A stretch of DNA of 64,000 nt from an uncultured Gammaproteobacteria bacterium (GTDB taxonomy: Bacteria; Pseudomonadota; Gammaproteobacteria; SURF-13), in NCBI GenBank assembly GCA_947085325.1, contig CAMTVY010000013.1, positions 14,679 through 78,678 of the forward strand, in the 5' to 3' direction. Position numbers and translations under genes: made by a program. Shown one piece after another: positions 38,231 to 48,452 of the stretch (its first letter is position 1; every line of letters starts with the position of its first letter). The notes under the pieces are model-generated. The model was not told the origin of the DNA. It did no database searches and saw nothing but the letters and a program-made list of their open reading frames with translations.

Positions 38231-39882
38231 TCGCACCACGCCAACTGCTGCGCCTGCTGCATATCAACATTGTGCTGGTTCGGCACGGTCTGGATGAAAT
38301 CATACTCGCCACGCACCTGTTCCGTCCGGTGCGCTACGTGCTTTATCTGTTTCCCTGGTACTGGCTGCGGGGCAAGCAGGCGCCGCGTGCCGTGCGTATT
38401 CGACGCGCGCTGGAAGACCTCGGGCCCATCTTCGTCAAATTCGGGCAGCTGCTGTCCACCCGTCCCGATCTGCTGCCGGAAGACATTGCGCACGAGCTGG
38501 CCTTGCTGCAAGACCGGGTGCAGCCTTTTCCCGGCGCACAGGCGCGTGCGTTCATCGAGCAGGCGCATGGAAAACCCGTGCTTGAAATATTTCAGGAATT
38601 CGACGAAACGCCACTGGCCGCCGCCTCCGTTGCCCAGGTACATGCCGCACGGCTGTTCGACGGGCGCGAGGTTATCGTCAAGGTGCTGCGGCCTCAGGTT
38701 GAGCGAGCCATCCGGCGTGACGTGAGTCTGCTCTACACCGTGGCGGCTCTGGCGGAGCGCTACTGGGCCGATGGCAAGCGCCTGCGCCCGACTGCCGTGG
38801 TAGCCGAATTTGAAAAAACATTGCTGGGTGAGCTTGATCTGCTGCGCGAGGCCGCAAACGCGAGCCAATTGCGGCGCAACTTTGAAGGCTCCAGCCTGCT
38901 TTATGTGCCGGAGATCGTGTGGCCGCTCACGCGCCGCAACGTGATGGTGATGGAGCGCATCTTCGGCACGCCGATCAGCCATGTCGAAAGCCTTGTGGCG
39001 CAGGGCGTTGATCTCAAGCGCCTGTCCGAGAACGGTGTCGAGATATTTTTCACCCAGGTGTTCCGCCACAACTTTTTCCACGCCGACATGCACCCCGGCA
39101 ACATCTTCGTCGCCAAGGACGGGCGCTACATGGCGGTGGATTTCGGCATCATGGGCACGCTCAGCACGCGCGACCAGCGCTATCTGGCGGAAAATCTGCT
39201 CGCCTTCTTCCACCGCGACTACCGGCGTGTGGCCGAGGCCCATGTCGATGCCGGCTGGGTGCCGTCGGGCACGCGGGTGGATGAATTCGAGGCGGCGATC
39301 CGCAGCGTGTGCGAGCCCATCTTCGAGCGCCCGCTGAGCGAAATATCCTTCGGCCAGTTGCTGTTGCGTTTGTTCCAGACCGCACGCCAATTCAACATGG
39401 AAGTGCAGCCGCAACTGGTGCTGCTGCAAAAAACCCTGCTGGCTATCGAGGGGCTGGGTCGCGAACTGTACCCGGAGCTGGATTTATGGCAGACCGCCAA
39501 GCCGTTTCTGGAGCGCTGGATGAGCGAACAGGTCGGCGTTCGTGGCCTGCTCAAGGCGCTGAAGAAAAACGCGCCGGTGTGGGCGGAAAAACTGCCCGAC
39601 CTGCCGCTGCTGGTGCACGATTTCTTGCAGCAGGCACACGAAGGCAAGTCACAGGTAGAATGGAAGTCAGACGAAATCGCCAAACTGCGGTACGAAATCA
39701 GGCGCGCCCAGCGGCGCAACTACAGCGTCATCGTCGGCAGCGCGCTGATCATCAGCGCCGCCATCGTCAAGGGCCTCGACGGTTTTGCGCCCACCATGTT
39801 GGGCGATGCGCCGCTGTTGACCTGGGTGCTGGGCGGCTTGGGCGGGCTGCTGGTTATCGCCGCGTGGCCGGATGATAAATAG
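38227..39882 (+). CDS. ubiB: ubiquinone biosynthesis regulatory kinase-like protein UbiB (ABC1/ADCK family)
   Basis: 551 aa with GPIFVKFGQLLSTRPDLLP, the ABC1 kinase-like core HADMHPGNIFV and C-terminal TM helices. Confidence 0.93.
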   Translation: MIAPRQLLRLLHINIVLVRHGLDEIILATHLFRPVRYVLYLFPWYWLRGKQAPRAVRIRRALEDLGPIFVKFGQLLSTRPDLLPEDIAHELALLQDRVQPFPGAQARAFIEQAHGKPVLEIFQEFDETPLAAASVAQVHAARLFDGREVIVKVLRPQVERAIRRDVSLLYTVAALAERYWADGKRLRPTAVVAEFEKTLLGELDLLREAANASQLRRNFEGSSLLYVPEIVWPLTRRNVMVMERIFGTPISHVESLVAQGVDLKRLSENGVEIFFTQVFRHNFFHADMHPGNIFVAKDGRYMAVDFGIMGTLSTRDQRYLAENLLAFFHRDYRRVAEAHVDAGWVPSGTRVDEFEAAIRSVCEPIFERPLSEISFGQLLLRLFQTARQFNMEVQPQLVLLQKTLLAIEGLGRELYPELDLWQTAKPFLERWMSEQVGVRGLLKALKKNAPVWAEKLPDLPLLVHDFLQQAHEGKSQVEWKSDEIAKLRYEIRRAQRRNYSVIVGSALIISAAIVKGLDGFAPTMLGDAPLLTWVLGGLGGLLVIAAWPDDK

Positions 39883-39901
39883 CAGGCTGGATAAATCCAT
39901 T

Positions 39902-39920
39902 AAAGGGCTCCGACCCTTTA
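39902..39920. terminator. hairpin between the convergent ubiB and dgkA genes
   Basis: AAAGGG-CTCCGA-CCCTTT with flanking A/T. It abuts the dgkA stop codon. Confidence 0.5.
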
Positions 39921-40292
39921 TCACTCCCACAACACCAGTAGCCAGATGACCGCCACATTAAGCAATGCGATCAGTACCGCTGCGCTGCCCATGTCTTTGG
40001 CGCGCTTGATGAGGTGGTGGTTTTCCAGGGAGATGCGGTCTAGCGCCGCCTCCAGCGCTGAGTTGAGTAATTCGACGATCAATACCAGCAGCACCGAAGA
40101 GATCATCAACACACGACCAACGGCGCTCTGCTCCAGATAGAGCGCCAGCGGCACCAGGATGGCCGCCAGCAGGATTTCCTGCCGGAACGCAGCCTCGTGC
40201 CGGAACGCGGCTTTTATGCCGTGGGCAGAGTACGTGCAGGCGCTGAGCAGGCGTTTGAACCCGGTTGTTCCCTTGTGTTGAGACTCTTGCAT
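39921..40292 (-). CDS. dgkA: diacylglycerol kinase
   Basis: 123 aa with three TM helices and the DgkA-like sequence AFRHEAAFRQE..ELLNSALEA. Confidence 0.9.
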   Translation of the reverse strand: MQESQHKGTTGFKRLLSACTYSAHGIKAAFRHEAAFRQEILLAAILVPLALYLEQSAVGRVLMISSVLLVLIVELLNSALEAALDRISLENHHLIKRAKDMGSAAVLIALLNVAVIWLLVLWE

Positions 40293-40334
40293 GGAGGTAG
40301 TCTCTCTGCGATTCTATTGCACTTGATTGTGTGA

Positions 40335-40898
40335 TCACTGCTGCTGATGTGGGCGCTGCAAGCCGGCCTCGACCTTGCCGCGCTTTTCCTTCCCCGACAA
40401 TAACTCAACCAGTTCCAGCGCGAAATCCATGGCAGTGCCGGGGCCGCGTGAGGTGATGATGGTGCCGTCCCTGACCACGGGATTATTTTCAATCGTGATT
40501 TTGGAGGATGCGAGTTTTTCCAGTGTGCCCGGAAAGCCGGTGGCGCGTTTGCCGTCGAGTAGGCCCGCGTGTGCGAGCACGGCAGGGGCGGCGCAGATGG
40601 CAGCGGTGAATTTTCCGCTGTGCGCCATTTTTTTCAGCAGTGCGTGGATGCGCGCGTCGTTATTGAGGTTGTCGCTGCCGGGCTGGCCGCCAGGCAGGAC
40701 TACCATGTCGTAGTCGTGCGCCAGGGCTTCATCGAGCGTGGTGTCGGCCAGCAGCCGCGTGCCGCGGCTCGCCACCACTGGTTCGGTGTCGAGGCCGGCG
40801 GTGACAACGTTGATGCCCGCGCGGCGCAGCAGGTCGATGAGGGTGACCGCTTCCAGTTCTTCACAGCCCTGGGCCAAAGGAATCAGTACGCGAGGCAT
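40335..40898 (-). CDS. DJ-1/PfpI-family protein (YajL/ThiJ-like)
   Basis: 187 aa with the nucleophile elbow AAICAAP and the sequence LPGG..G..NL. Confidence 0.85.
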   Translation of the reverse strand: MPRVLIPLAQGCEELEAVTLIDLLRRAGINVVTAGLDTEPVVASRGTRLLADTTLDEALAHDYDMVVLPGGQPGSDNLNNDARIHALLKKMAHSGKFTAAICAAPAVLAHAGLLDGKRATGFPGTLEKLASSKITIENNPVVRDGTIITSRGPGTAMDFALELVELLSGKEKRGKVEAGLQRPHQQQ

Positions 40899-40983
40899 GG
40901 CGGAAACCTCTCAGGGTGTCATTGACTGGAGTGTAGCTCTGCGCCCTTGCTGTGAACCGTGCTGTACATACGTCGGCGCATGC

Positions 40984-42327
40984 CTACTCGCCTGTGCGCG
41001 ATTGCAGTATCGCCATGCCCTTGAGCAGGGTGAGCGCCTCGTGCAGCTGGTAATCGCTACTGATAAGCGGCTCCTTGTCCTGCGCTGTACCGGGCGCGAT
41101 GCTTGCACCATTCGTGTCCTTGGCCTTGTCGCCATTGCCGTTGGTGAGGTGGCGGGTCAAGTCAGCTTCCTTGAGCGGCTCCATGACGGAGCCTTCGCCC
41201 ACAGTAACCTTGACGTTGTCGATGATGATATCGGGCACGATGCCCTCGGCCTGTATCGAACGTCCGTTTGGCGTGTAGTAGCGCGCCGTGGTGAGCTTCA
41301 ATGCAGTGTCGCTGGTAACAGGCAATATGGTCTGCACCGAGCCTTTGCCGAAGGTCTTGCTGCCCATGATGACGGCGCGCTTGTGATCCTGTAATGCACC
41401 GGCCACGATTTCGGAGGCCGAAGCCGAGCCGCCATTGACCAGCACAATCATCGGCGCACCCTTGAGCACGTCACCGGGGGTGGCGGTAAAGCGCATCTTG
41501 GAATCCTTGACCCGGCCTTCGGTGTAGACGAGGAGGCCCTTCTCGATGAAGGCATCACTGACGGTGACCGCCGCGCTCAGCACGCCCCCCGGATCGTTAC
41601 GCAGGTCGAGCACCAGGCCTTTGAGGCTGCCGCCGTTGTCTTTCTTGAGCTGGCTCACGGCCTCAATCAGGTTGGTGCCGGTCTGGGCCTGGAATTGCGA
41701 GATGCGCACATAGCCGTAACCCGGTGCCAGCATGCGTGACTTCACGCTTTTCACCTTGATGACGGCGCGCGTGAGGACAATGGTGAGCGGCTTTTCTTCG
41801 TCTTTGCGCAGAACGGTGAGCGTGATCTTGGTGCCGACTTCGCCGCGCATCATCTTGACGGCATCGCTCAGACTCATGCCCTGCAGTGGGGTGTCGTCGA
41901 GCCGCACGATGAGATCGCCTGCCTGCATGCCGCCCCGGCTTGCGGGCGTGTCATCGATGGGCGAGATTACCTTGACGAGGCCGTTTTCCATGCTGACTTC
42001 GAGGCCGAGACCGCCAAATTCGCCGCTGGTGCCGATCTGCAATTCCTTGTAGGCGTCGGCATCGAGATAGGCGGAGTGCGGATCCAGCCCCGCCAGCATG
42101 CCTTGGATGGCGTGGTTGAGCAGGGTTTTGTCGTCCACGGCTTCGACGTAGTCGCTTTTGACGCGACCAAAGACCTCGGTGAAGGTGCGCAACTCGGCAA
42201 GCGGCAAGCCGGTGGCTGCTGCTGCCGTGTCTTCGCGGTCGGCAAAGACGCTGTGCCCGATCGTAAGCGATGCGCCGAGTACCAGCCCGAGTGCAAGGAT
42301 GAGGAAGGTGCGTAATGTGGACTTCAT
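40984..42327 (-). CDS. ctpA: carboxy-terminal processing (S41) peptidase
   Basis: 447 aa with a signal peptide and a PDZ region (GLEVSMENG..V.SPIDDTPA). S41 catalytic motifs are GSASASEI and the TFGKGSVQ region. Confidence 0.9.
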   Translation of the reverse strand: MKSTLRTFLILALGLVLGASLTIGHSVFADREDTAAAATGLPLAELRTFTEVFGRVKSDYVEAVDDKTLLNHAIQGMLAGLDPHSAYLDADAYKELQIGTSGEFGGLGLEVSMENGLVKVISPIDDTPASRGGMQAGDLIVRLDDTPLQGMSLSDAVKMMRGEVGTKITLTVLRKDEEKPLTIVLTRAVIKVKSVKSRMLAPGYGYVRISQFQAQTGTNLIEAVSQLKKDNGGSLKGLVLDLRNDPGGVLSAAVTVSDAFIEKGLLVYTEGRVKDSKMRFTATPGDVLKGAPMIVLVNGGSASASEIVAGALQDHKRAVIMGSKTFGKGSVQTILPVTSDTALKLTTARYYTPNGRSIQAEGIVPDIIIDNVKVTVGEGSVMEPLKEADLTRHLTNGNGDKAKDTNGASIAPGTAQDKEPLISSDYQLHEALTLLKGMAILQSRTGE

Positions 42328-42366
42328 TGATAACTCCGTGACGCAGTTGTGGGGTGCGCCTGCTCT

Positions 42367-43548
42367 TTAGTTGTTGCTGCCGTGTTTTGGTTCCTGTGGC
42401 AGGCACCAGGCGCGCGGGTCGCGCGGTACGCCCTGCTCACGTATTTCAAAATATACTCCGGGGCGCTCGTGACCGCCACTGACCCCCATTGCACCGATGA
42501 TCTCACCTGCTTCCGCCCAATCGCCCACCTTCTTATACAGGGCCTGATTGTGTCCGTACAGAGTCATGTAGCCGTCGCTGTGGTCGATGATGGTCAATAA
42601 ACCGAAGCCACGCAGCCATTCGGCGAAGACCACGCGACCGGGCGATACCGCCTGCACCGTGTCTCCTGCGCGTCCTTCAATCAGTACGCCCTGCGCGCGT
42701 GACCGCTCGCTGCCCCCCAAGGGTGCGGTGACTGCGCCAGAGGCGGGCCATGGGAGTGTGCCCTTGAGCGCCGCAAACGCGGGGTGGCTCGGGCTTTCCG
42801 GCGGGCGCGGCGCGGATGTAAGGCGCTGCAACAGTTCATCGAGTGCGCGCTCATCTTCCAGTAGGCGTGCAAGATCGGTACCTTTGCGCTGAATGTCGGT
42901 GTTGAGGCGGGCGAGGATCAGGGTGCGTGTCTGCTGACCCTCGTCCAGTATCTCCTTTTCCTGCTGTTGCGCGCGGTGCAATTCGGCCAGATGCATGCGC
43001 TGCTGTTCAATGGCGCGCTCTGCCGTTGCCACGCGCGCAAGGTCTGCATCCGCACGCGCGATGTGCCCGGCGCGGACGCGGTTCAGATAATCGTAGTATA
43101 TCAGGCTGCGCCCCACCCGGGCAGGGTCTTGCTGGTTGAGCAGCAGTTTAAGGCGATCCTGGCGCCCCATCAGATAGGCCGAGCGGATTTGCGCGGCGAG
43201 GGTTTTCCGCTGGGTGCTCATTGCGTCGGCCAGATGCTCCCGGTCTTGCTGCAGGCGGGCGAGCTGTGCGTTGTGTGTCTCTACTTTGGCGTCAAGCCGG
43301 CGCAGGCGCTGGTTGATGCGGCCAATGGCCTGTTCGCTGGTCTTGAGCGAGTGCACCAGCTCTTTCCGGGCGGTGTGTTCATTGGCGAGCGTGGCGCGCA
43401 GGGCCTGTATGCGCGTCCGCAGTTGTTCGAGTTCCTGGCGCGTGTGCGTGATGTCGTCGTTGGCAGCGATGGCGGGGCCCGCGCTGCATGTGAACAGCGC
43501 GGCGGCCAACAGCAGCCAGCGACAGGCTGTCAGGAGGCCTCTGGTCAA
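42367..43548 (-). CDS. envC: murein hydrolase activator EnvC-like protein (coiled coil + LytM/M23 domain)
   Basis: 393 aa with a signal peptide and a long Gln/Leu/Arg coiled coil. The C-terminal LytM fold has HSDGYMTLYGH. It lies between gpmI and ctpA, as in E. coli and Pseudomonas. Confidence 0.85.
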   Translation of the reverse strand: MTRGLLTACRWLLLAAALFTCSAGPAIAANDDITHTRQELEQLRTRIQALRATLANEHTARKELVHSLKTSEQAIGRINQRLRRLDAKVETHNAQLARLQQDREHLADAMSTQRKTLAAQIRSAYLMGRQDRLKLLLNQQDPARVGRSLIYYDYLNRVRAGHIARADADLARVATAERAIEQQRMHLAELHRAQQQEKEILDEGQQTRTLILARLNTDIQRKGTDLARLLEDERALDELLQRLTSAPRPPESPSHPAFAALKGTLPWPASGAVTAPLGGSERSRAQGVLIEGRAGDTVQAVSPGRVVFAEWLRGFGLLTIIDHSDGYMTLYGHNQALYKKVGDWAEAGEIIGAMGVSGGHERPGVYFEIREQGVPRDPRAWCLPQEPKHGSNN

Positions 43549-43560
43549 GTCAGGGCTTGC

Positions 43561-45108
43561 CTAGCGGTCAAACTCCACCAGTGGCACACCACTCATCTCC
43601 GGTGGCACCGGCAGCCCCATGAGCGTCAGCATGGTGGGCGCTACATCTGCCAGTACGCCGTTGTTGCTGAGGTGCGCCGGGCGGCCCGCATAGATCAGCG
43701 GTACCGGGTTGGTGGTATGTGCGGTGTGGGCCTGGCCGGTGCCATCGCCAATCAACTGCTCGGCATTGCCGTGGTCGGCGGTGATGAGCATCTCGCCCCC
43801 CGCTTTCTGCAGCGCCTCGTAGACCCGGCCCAGGCAGGTGTCTATCGTCTCGATGGCCTTGACCGTGGCATCGTAGTTGCCGGTGTGGCCGACCATGTCG
43901 GGATTGGCAAAATTGCAGATGATGACGTCGTATTTGCCGCTTGCAATCGCCGCGATCAGCTTGTCCGTCACCTCAAAGGCGCTCATCTCCGGCTGGAGGT
44001 CGTAGGTGGCGACATTGGGCGAGGGGATGAGGGTGCGATCTTCACCCTCGAACGGCTGTTCTTCGCCGCCGTTGAAGAAAAATGTCACATGCGCGTATTT
44101 CTCGGTCTCGGCGATACGCAACTGACGCAGGCCATGACGCGCGATGTAGGCGCCAAACACGTTGTGCAGGCGCTCGGACGGAAAGGCCACCGGAACGTCG
44201 AATTCGTCGTTGTATTCGGTCAGGCTCACAAAGGCGCCGAGCCTGGGCTTGAGCGCGCGCCCAAAGCCATTGAAGTCAGGCTCGATGAAGGGGCGCGTGA
44301 TCTGGCGTGCGCGGTCGGAGCGGAAATTCATGAACACCACCACGTCACCGTCCGCCATGCGCACCGGCTGCGCGCCTGCGGGCACAATGGCGGTGGCCTT
44401 GACGAACTCGTCGGACTCATCGCGCGCATAGGCCTGCTCCAGCGCCGCAGTTGCCGTCGGCGCCTGAAACGCCGCCTGGCCCTGGGTGATGAGGTCGTAG
44501 GCGGCCTGGATGCGTGGCCAGCGATGATCGCGATCCATGGCGTAGTAGCGCCCGATGATGGAGGCGACGCGCCCGTGGCCGAGTGCCGCGCACTTGTCTT
44601 CCAGCGCCTTGATGGAGGGCGCCGCGCTGCGTGGCGGGGTATCACGGCCGTCAAGAAAGGCATGCACACACACCTGCTTGGCGCCGCGTTTCACCGCCAG
44701 CTCCAGCATGGCAAGAATGTGCTCCTCGTGGCTGTGCACGCCGCCCGGCGAAAGCAGACCCATGATATGCACGGTATGGCCGCTGCTCGCGGCCTTGTCC
44801 ACGGCGCGCGTCAGTGTCTGATTGGTGAAAAATGCACCGCTCTTGATGGCGCGGCTGATGCGCGAAAATTCCTGATACACGACGCGCCCGGCGCCAAGGT
44901 TCAGGTGGCCGACTTCAGAGTTGCCCATCTGGTCGGCAGGCAGGCCCACGTCGGTGCCGGAAGTGCGCAACAGCATGTGCGGGTAGGTGTTCCAGAGCCG
45001 TTCCCATACGGGCTTGCGCGCATGGTACACGGCGTTGCCGTCAGGCTTCTCGCTGTAGCCCCAGCCATCGAGAATGATCAGGGCCAAAGGCTTATGTGCA
45101 GATGGCAT
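43561..45108 (-). CDS. gpmI: 2,3-bisphosphoglycerate-independent phosphoglycerate mutase
   Basis: 515 aa with [22 protein letters not shown] and ITADHGN. Confidence 0.95.
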   Translation of the reverse strand: MPSAHKPLALIILDGWGYSEKPDGNAVYHARKPVWERLWNTYPHMLLRTSGTDVGLPADQMGNSEVGHLNLGAGRVVYQEFSRISRAIKSGAFFTNQTLTRAVDKAASSGHTVHIMGLLSPGGVHSHEEHILAMLELAVKRGAKQVCVHAFLDGRDTPPRSAAPSIKALEDKCAALGHGRVASIIGRYYAMDRDHRWPRIQAAYDLITQGQAAFQAPTATAALEQAYARDESDEFVKATAIVPAGAQPVRMADGDVVVFMNFRSDRARQITRPFIEPDFNGFGRALKPRLGAFVSLTEYNDEFDVPVAFPSERLHNVFGAYIARHGLRQLRIAETEKYAHVTFFFNGGEEQPFEGEDRTLIPSPNVATYDLQPEMSAFEVTDKLIAAIASGKYDVIICNFANPDMVGHTGNYDATVKAIETIDTCLGRVYEALQKAGGEMLITADHGNAEQLIGDGTGQAHTAHTTNPVPLIYAGRPAHLSNNGVLADVAPTMLTLMGLPVPPEMSGVPLVEFDR

Positions 45109-45206
45109 AGGCAGTGTCTTTAAATTACTGATGCAGATGGGTTCAAAGGCCGTTATTATATAGCGTTTGCGCGCTTAGCGCAGCCCCGCAGCTAACGACC
45201 GGTACC

Positions 45207-45632
45207 ATGCAACAGTTCATTACCTTTGTCATCAATCACTGGGCGCTTTTTCTGGCGCTCGCTGTCGTCAGCGTGCTGCTGGCGGCCAATTTGCTGTCGG
45301 AAACGCTGCTCGGGTTCAAGTCGGTCGCACCCCAGGCCGCCACCCAGCTGATCAACCGCGAAGGCGCAGTGGTACTCGACGTGCGCGAAGAGGCCGACTT
45401 CAACGCCGGGCATATCGTCAACGCCATCCATATCCCGCTGGCCGGGCTTGAGGCACGGCTCAGGGAGCTCGACAGCATGCGCGAGAGCCCCTTCATCGTG
45501 ACCTGTCAGGCAGGCCAGCTCTCGGCGCGCGCAGGCGACATTCTGCGCAAGCACGGTTTCACCAAGGTGTATAAACTGGGTGGCGGCCTTATGGCCTGGA
45601 AAGACGCCAAACTGCCGCTGGTGGCTGCCTGA
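45207..45632 (+). CDS. membrane-anchored rhodanese-domain protein (YibN-like)
   Basis: 141 aa with an N-terminal TM helix. The rhodanese active-site loop is CQAGQLSARA. It lies upstream of grxC-secB. Confidence 0.85.
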   Translation: MQQFITFVINHWALFLALAVVSVLLAANLLSETLLGFKSVAPQAATQLINREGAVVLDVREEADFNAGHIVNAIHIPLAGLEARLRELDSMRESPFIVTCQAGQLSARAGDILRKHGFTKVYKLGGGLMAWKDAKLPLVAA

Positions 45633-45634
45633 GC

Positions 45635-45898
45635 ATGTCCGGCGTTGTTATCTACAGCACCGGCATGTGCTCATACTGCGTGCGTGCGCGCCAGTTGCTT
45701 GAGCGCAAAGGCGTGCGTTACACGGAACATCGCGTCGACGAGCAGACCGACTTGCGCCATGAAATGGAATCGAAGAGCAGGCGCCGCAGTGTGCCGCAAA
45801 TTTTCATTAACGATGCCCACATCGGCGGCTTCAACGAACTCGCGCAGCTCGAGCGCAATGGCCTGCTGGAGGCGATGCTGCATGACGGCAGCGCTTGA
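45635..45898 (+). CDS. grxC: glutaredoxin 3
   Basis: 87 aa with the CSYC active site, TVPQIFI-type sequence (SVPQIFI) and GG. Confidence 0.92.
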   Translation: MSGVVIYSTGMCSYCVRARQLLERKGVRYTEHRVDEQTDLRHEMESKSRRRSVPQIFINDAHIGGFNELAQLERNGLLEAMLHDGSA

Positions 45899-45943
45899 TG
45901 TGCTGCATATGAAATTCAGACCCACTCTGTTCAGGAAGGCGCC

Positions 45944-46426
45944 ATGACCGAAGACACAAACTCGCAAAAACCCGCCGCTGCAGGTGGCCCGCAGCTTGCC
46001 ATCCAGAAGATATACGTCAAGGATATTTCGTTTGAGGCGCCGAATACACCGCACATATTCACGGAGCAGTGGGCGCCAAACGTTGACCTCCATCTGCAAA
46101 GCAAGGCGATCAAGCACGAGGAAGCAGTGCATGAGGTCGTGCTGACTGTAACTGTGACCGCCAAGCTGGGCGACAAGACGGCGTTTCTGATCGAGGTGCA
46201 ACAGGCCGGTATTTTTGCCATCCATGGCTTTGCGCCGGAAGACCTGGCGCGCACACTGGGAAGTTTCTGCCCCAACCTGCTGTTTCCGTTTGCGCGTGAA
46301 GCCGTCGCCGACGTCGTCACCCGAGGCGGCTTCCCGCAGCTTCTGCTCGCACCGGTCAACTTTGATGCCATTTACGCGCACATGCAGCAGCAGGGCCGGG
46401 GTGCGGACAAGGAAATTGAACACTAG
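45944..46426 (+). CDS. secB: protein-export chaperone SecB
   Basis: 160 aa with LAIQKIYVKDISFEAPN and LFPFAREAVADVV. Confidence 0.95.
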   Translation: MTEDTNSQKPAAAGGPQLAIQKIYVKDISFEAPNTPHIFTEQWAPNVDLHLQSKAIKHEEAVHEVVLTVTVTAKLGDKTAFLIEVQQAGIFAIHGFAPEDLARTLGSFCPNLLFPFAREAVADVVTRGGFPQLLLAPVNFDAIYAHMQQQGRGADKEIEH

Positions 46427-46456
46427 TCTGCGACAGGTCAGGGGCGGATCCCTGCG

Positions 46457-47467
46457 GTGACAGCCGCCCGTCCCTCTGTCGTAGTGCTCGGTGCCGGATC
46501 ATGGGGTACGGCGCTGGCCATCCTGCTGGCGCGCAACGGCCAGCCGACCACGTTGTGGGGCCGCAATGCGGAGTTCATGGCGCAATTGGCGCAAGCGCGC
46601 TGCAACGCCCGTTTTTTACCCGACGCTGTATTCCCGCAAAACCTGACGACGACATCTGATCTGGCGCATGCGCTCGGCACGGCAAGCGATAGCCTCGTCG
46701 CTGTGCCGAGCCACGCATTTCGCGACACACTGAAATTACTGGCCGCGCACGCACCTTTATCGCTGCGCGTCGCCTGCGCCACCAAGGGCATGGAGCCCGG
46801 CAGCGGTAACCTGCCGCATCAGGTAGCCTGCGAGATCATGGGCGGCACCCGCCCGTTTGCCGTCATCTCCGGCCCCACCTTCGCCCGCGAAGTCGCTGCG
46901 GGCTTGCCGGCCGCCGTCACCGTCGCCACGCAAAATGCAGCGTTTGCCGCCGAGCTGGCCGCCGCCTTGCACAGCGACAGTTTCCGCGCCTACACCTCGG
47001 ACGATGTGATCGGCGTGGAGCTGGGGGGTGCCATTAAAAATGTACTCGCCATCGCCGCCGGTATTGCAGACGGCCTGGGCTTCGGCGCCAACACCCGCGC
47101 CGCGCTCATCACCCGTGGCCTGGCCGAGATGATGCGCCTGGGCTTAGCCCTCGGCGGCCAGCGCGAAACCTTTATGGGGCTTGCGGGGCTGGGTGACCTG
47201 GTGCTCACCTGCACTGACGATCAATCACGTAACCGCCGTCTGGGGCTCGCGCTCGCGCGCGGCACAGCGCTCGCGGATGCACTGTGCGATATCGGTCAAA
47301 GCGTGGAAGGTGTAGCCACTGCGCGCGAAGTCGTGCGCCTGGCCAAGGCGCACGGCATCGAAATGCCCATCAGCGAACAGGTATGCAGCGTGTTGCACGA
47401 AGGCAAGAGCCCCCGCGCCGCCGTCCAGACATTACTCCAGCGCGAACAAAAAGCGGAAACAACTTAA
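46457..47467 (+). CDS. gpsA: NAD(P)H-dependent glycerol-3-phosphate dehydrogenase
   Basis: 336 aa with a GTG start. It has the Rossmann motif VLGAGSWGTALA, plus GAIKNV and SRNRR. Confidence 0.95.
   Translation: MTAARPSVVVLGAGSWGTALAILLARNGQPTTLWGRNAEFMAQLAQARCNARFLPDAVFPQNLTTTSDLAHALGTASDSLVAVPSHAFRDTLKLLAAHAPLSLRVACATKGMEPGSGNLPHQVACEIMGGTRPFAVISGPTFAREVAAGLPAAVTVATQNAAFAAELAAALHSDSFRAYTSDDVIGVELGGAIKNVLAIAAGIADGLGFGANTRAALITRGLAEMMRLGLALGGQRETFMGLAGLGDLVLTCTDDQSRNRRLGLALARGTALADALCDIGQSVEGVATAREVVRLAKAHGIEMPISEQVCSVLHEGKSPRAAVQTLLQREQKAETT
47437..47460 (+). repeat. direct repeat DR1 (last codons of gpsA)
   Basis: CCAGCGCGAACAAAAAGCGGAAAC recurs as CCAGCGCGAACAAAAAGCAGAAGC at 48747-48770. 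Of 24 positions 22 match, including the first 18 consecutively. Confidence 0.7.
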
Positions 47468-47738
47468 CCTCTCGTCCAAATAATTTCCCGAGTTCTGCCG
47501 CACTTCATCCGGGCTAAACTGTCTCAGTCTTGATGGGTTCCCCGGTTGCCGGTGGGTTTTCATGCCTCATCGTTATCTGGCGCGCTGCTCTGCTTGAAGG
47601 ATGACGGCTGCAGGCGCAAGATGTTACCTTGTAAACCGACCGATTTATGTCGCTATGTATAGAGATCGGGAGACGAAACTTAGTGAGTTGGGAGGGCGCG
47701 TGAGCGATAGTTCGGTCAAGAGTCGTGCTGAAACCGCA

Positions 47739-48431
47739 ATGCGCAGCGTGGGATTGCTCTGCTTTCTCCTGATGGCAGGTTGCGCCGGGTTAGAGCGCGC
47801 GCCGTCCCAACCGGTCGTGACACAGGGTGAAGCTGTTGCAGACGAGCCGGTGACCCACCCACCCACGCCGGCGGTTGCAGTCGAGCCGGTAATTCAGCCA
47901 CCCACGTCGACCGTTGAGGCTGAGCCAGAAATCCACTCAGTGACTCCATCCGTCGTTGTGGCCGAACCGGTGGTTCGCCCGGTCACGCCGGCGACCACCC
48001 GTTCCACGGAGCAGAGCGTTGCCAAGATCGACTCGCCGGACGTCAAGATTCCTGCAAAGACCTCCGTGGCTCCCGTGCCCGTGGAGCAGACCCGGAAGAA
48101 GGAGAACGTCGCTCCAGGCCCTGTGAAGCAGGAGGCGTCACTGGATATAGCATCGCTGGAGAAGCGACTGCGAGAGACCAAGGCCATCGGTGTGTTCACC
48201 AAAATCACACTCAAGAATCAGGTAGATGATCTGCTGAATCAATTCCGGGCGTTCTACCAGGGGCGCGCCAAAGCCACTCTCGCCGAGCTGCGGCAAGCGT
48301 ATGATCGGCTGCTCCTCAAGGTGCTCTCGCTCCTGCAGGACAAAGATCAAGTGCTGGCCAGTGCAATCGTTGCGTCGCGCGATGCGATCTGGAATATCCT
48401 TGCGGATCCGGTCAAATTTTCAACCCTCTAA
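47739..48431 (+). CDS. hypothetical lipoprotein with a Pro/Thr/Val-rich 13-aa repeat linker and a helical C-terminal domain
   Basis: I trimmed the ORF to MRSVGLLCFLLMAGC, which has the lipobox LMAGC. It contains four imperfect repeats of about 39 bp (EPVTHPPTPAVAV / EPVIQPPTSTVEA / EPEIHSVTPSVVVA / EPVVRPVTPATT). I recognise no family. Confidence 0.6.
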   Translation: MRSVGLLCFLLMAGCAGLERAPSQPVVTQGEAVADEPVTHPPTPAVAVEPVIQPPTSTVEAEPEIHSVTPSVVVAEPVVRPVTPATTRSTEQSVAKIDSPDVKIPAKTSVAPVPVEQTRKKENVAPGPVKQEASLDIASLEKRLRETKAIGVFTKITLKNQVDDLLNQFRAFYQGRAKATLAELRQAYDRLLLKVLSLLQDKDQVLASAIVASRDAIWNILADPVKFSTL

Positions 48432-48452
48432 TCTTATGGCAGGAGAAACACT

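Noticed and set aside
38194-39429. 411-aa minus-strand ORF
   Set aside because: It is antisense to ubiB, which has an unmistakable ABC1 kinase-like sequence. It shows no family signature and is a high-GC artefact.
42967-45123. 718-aa plus-strand ORF, the longest in the track
   Set aside because: It lies antisense to the clearly recognisable envC-like and gpmI genes. Its translation is Arg/Ala/Gly/His-rich with no motifs. Long antisense ORFs are expected at this GC content.
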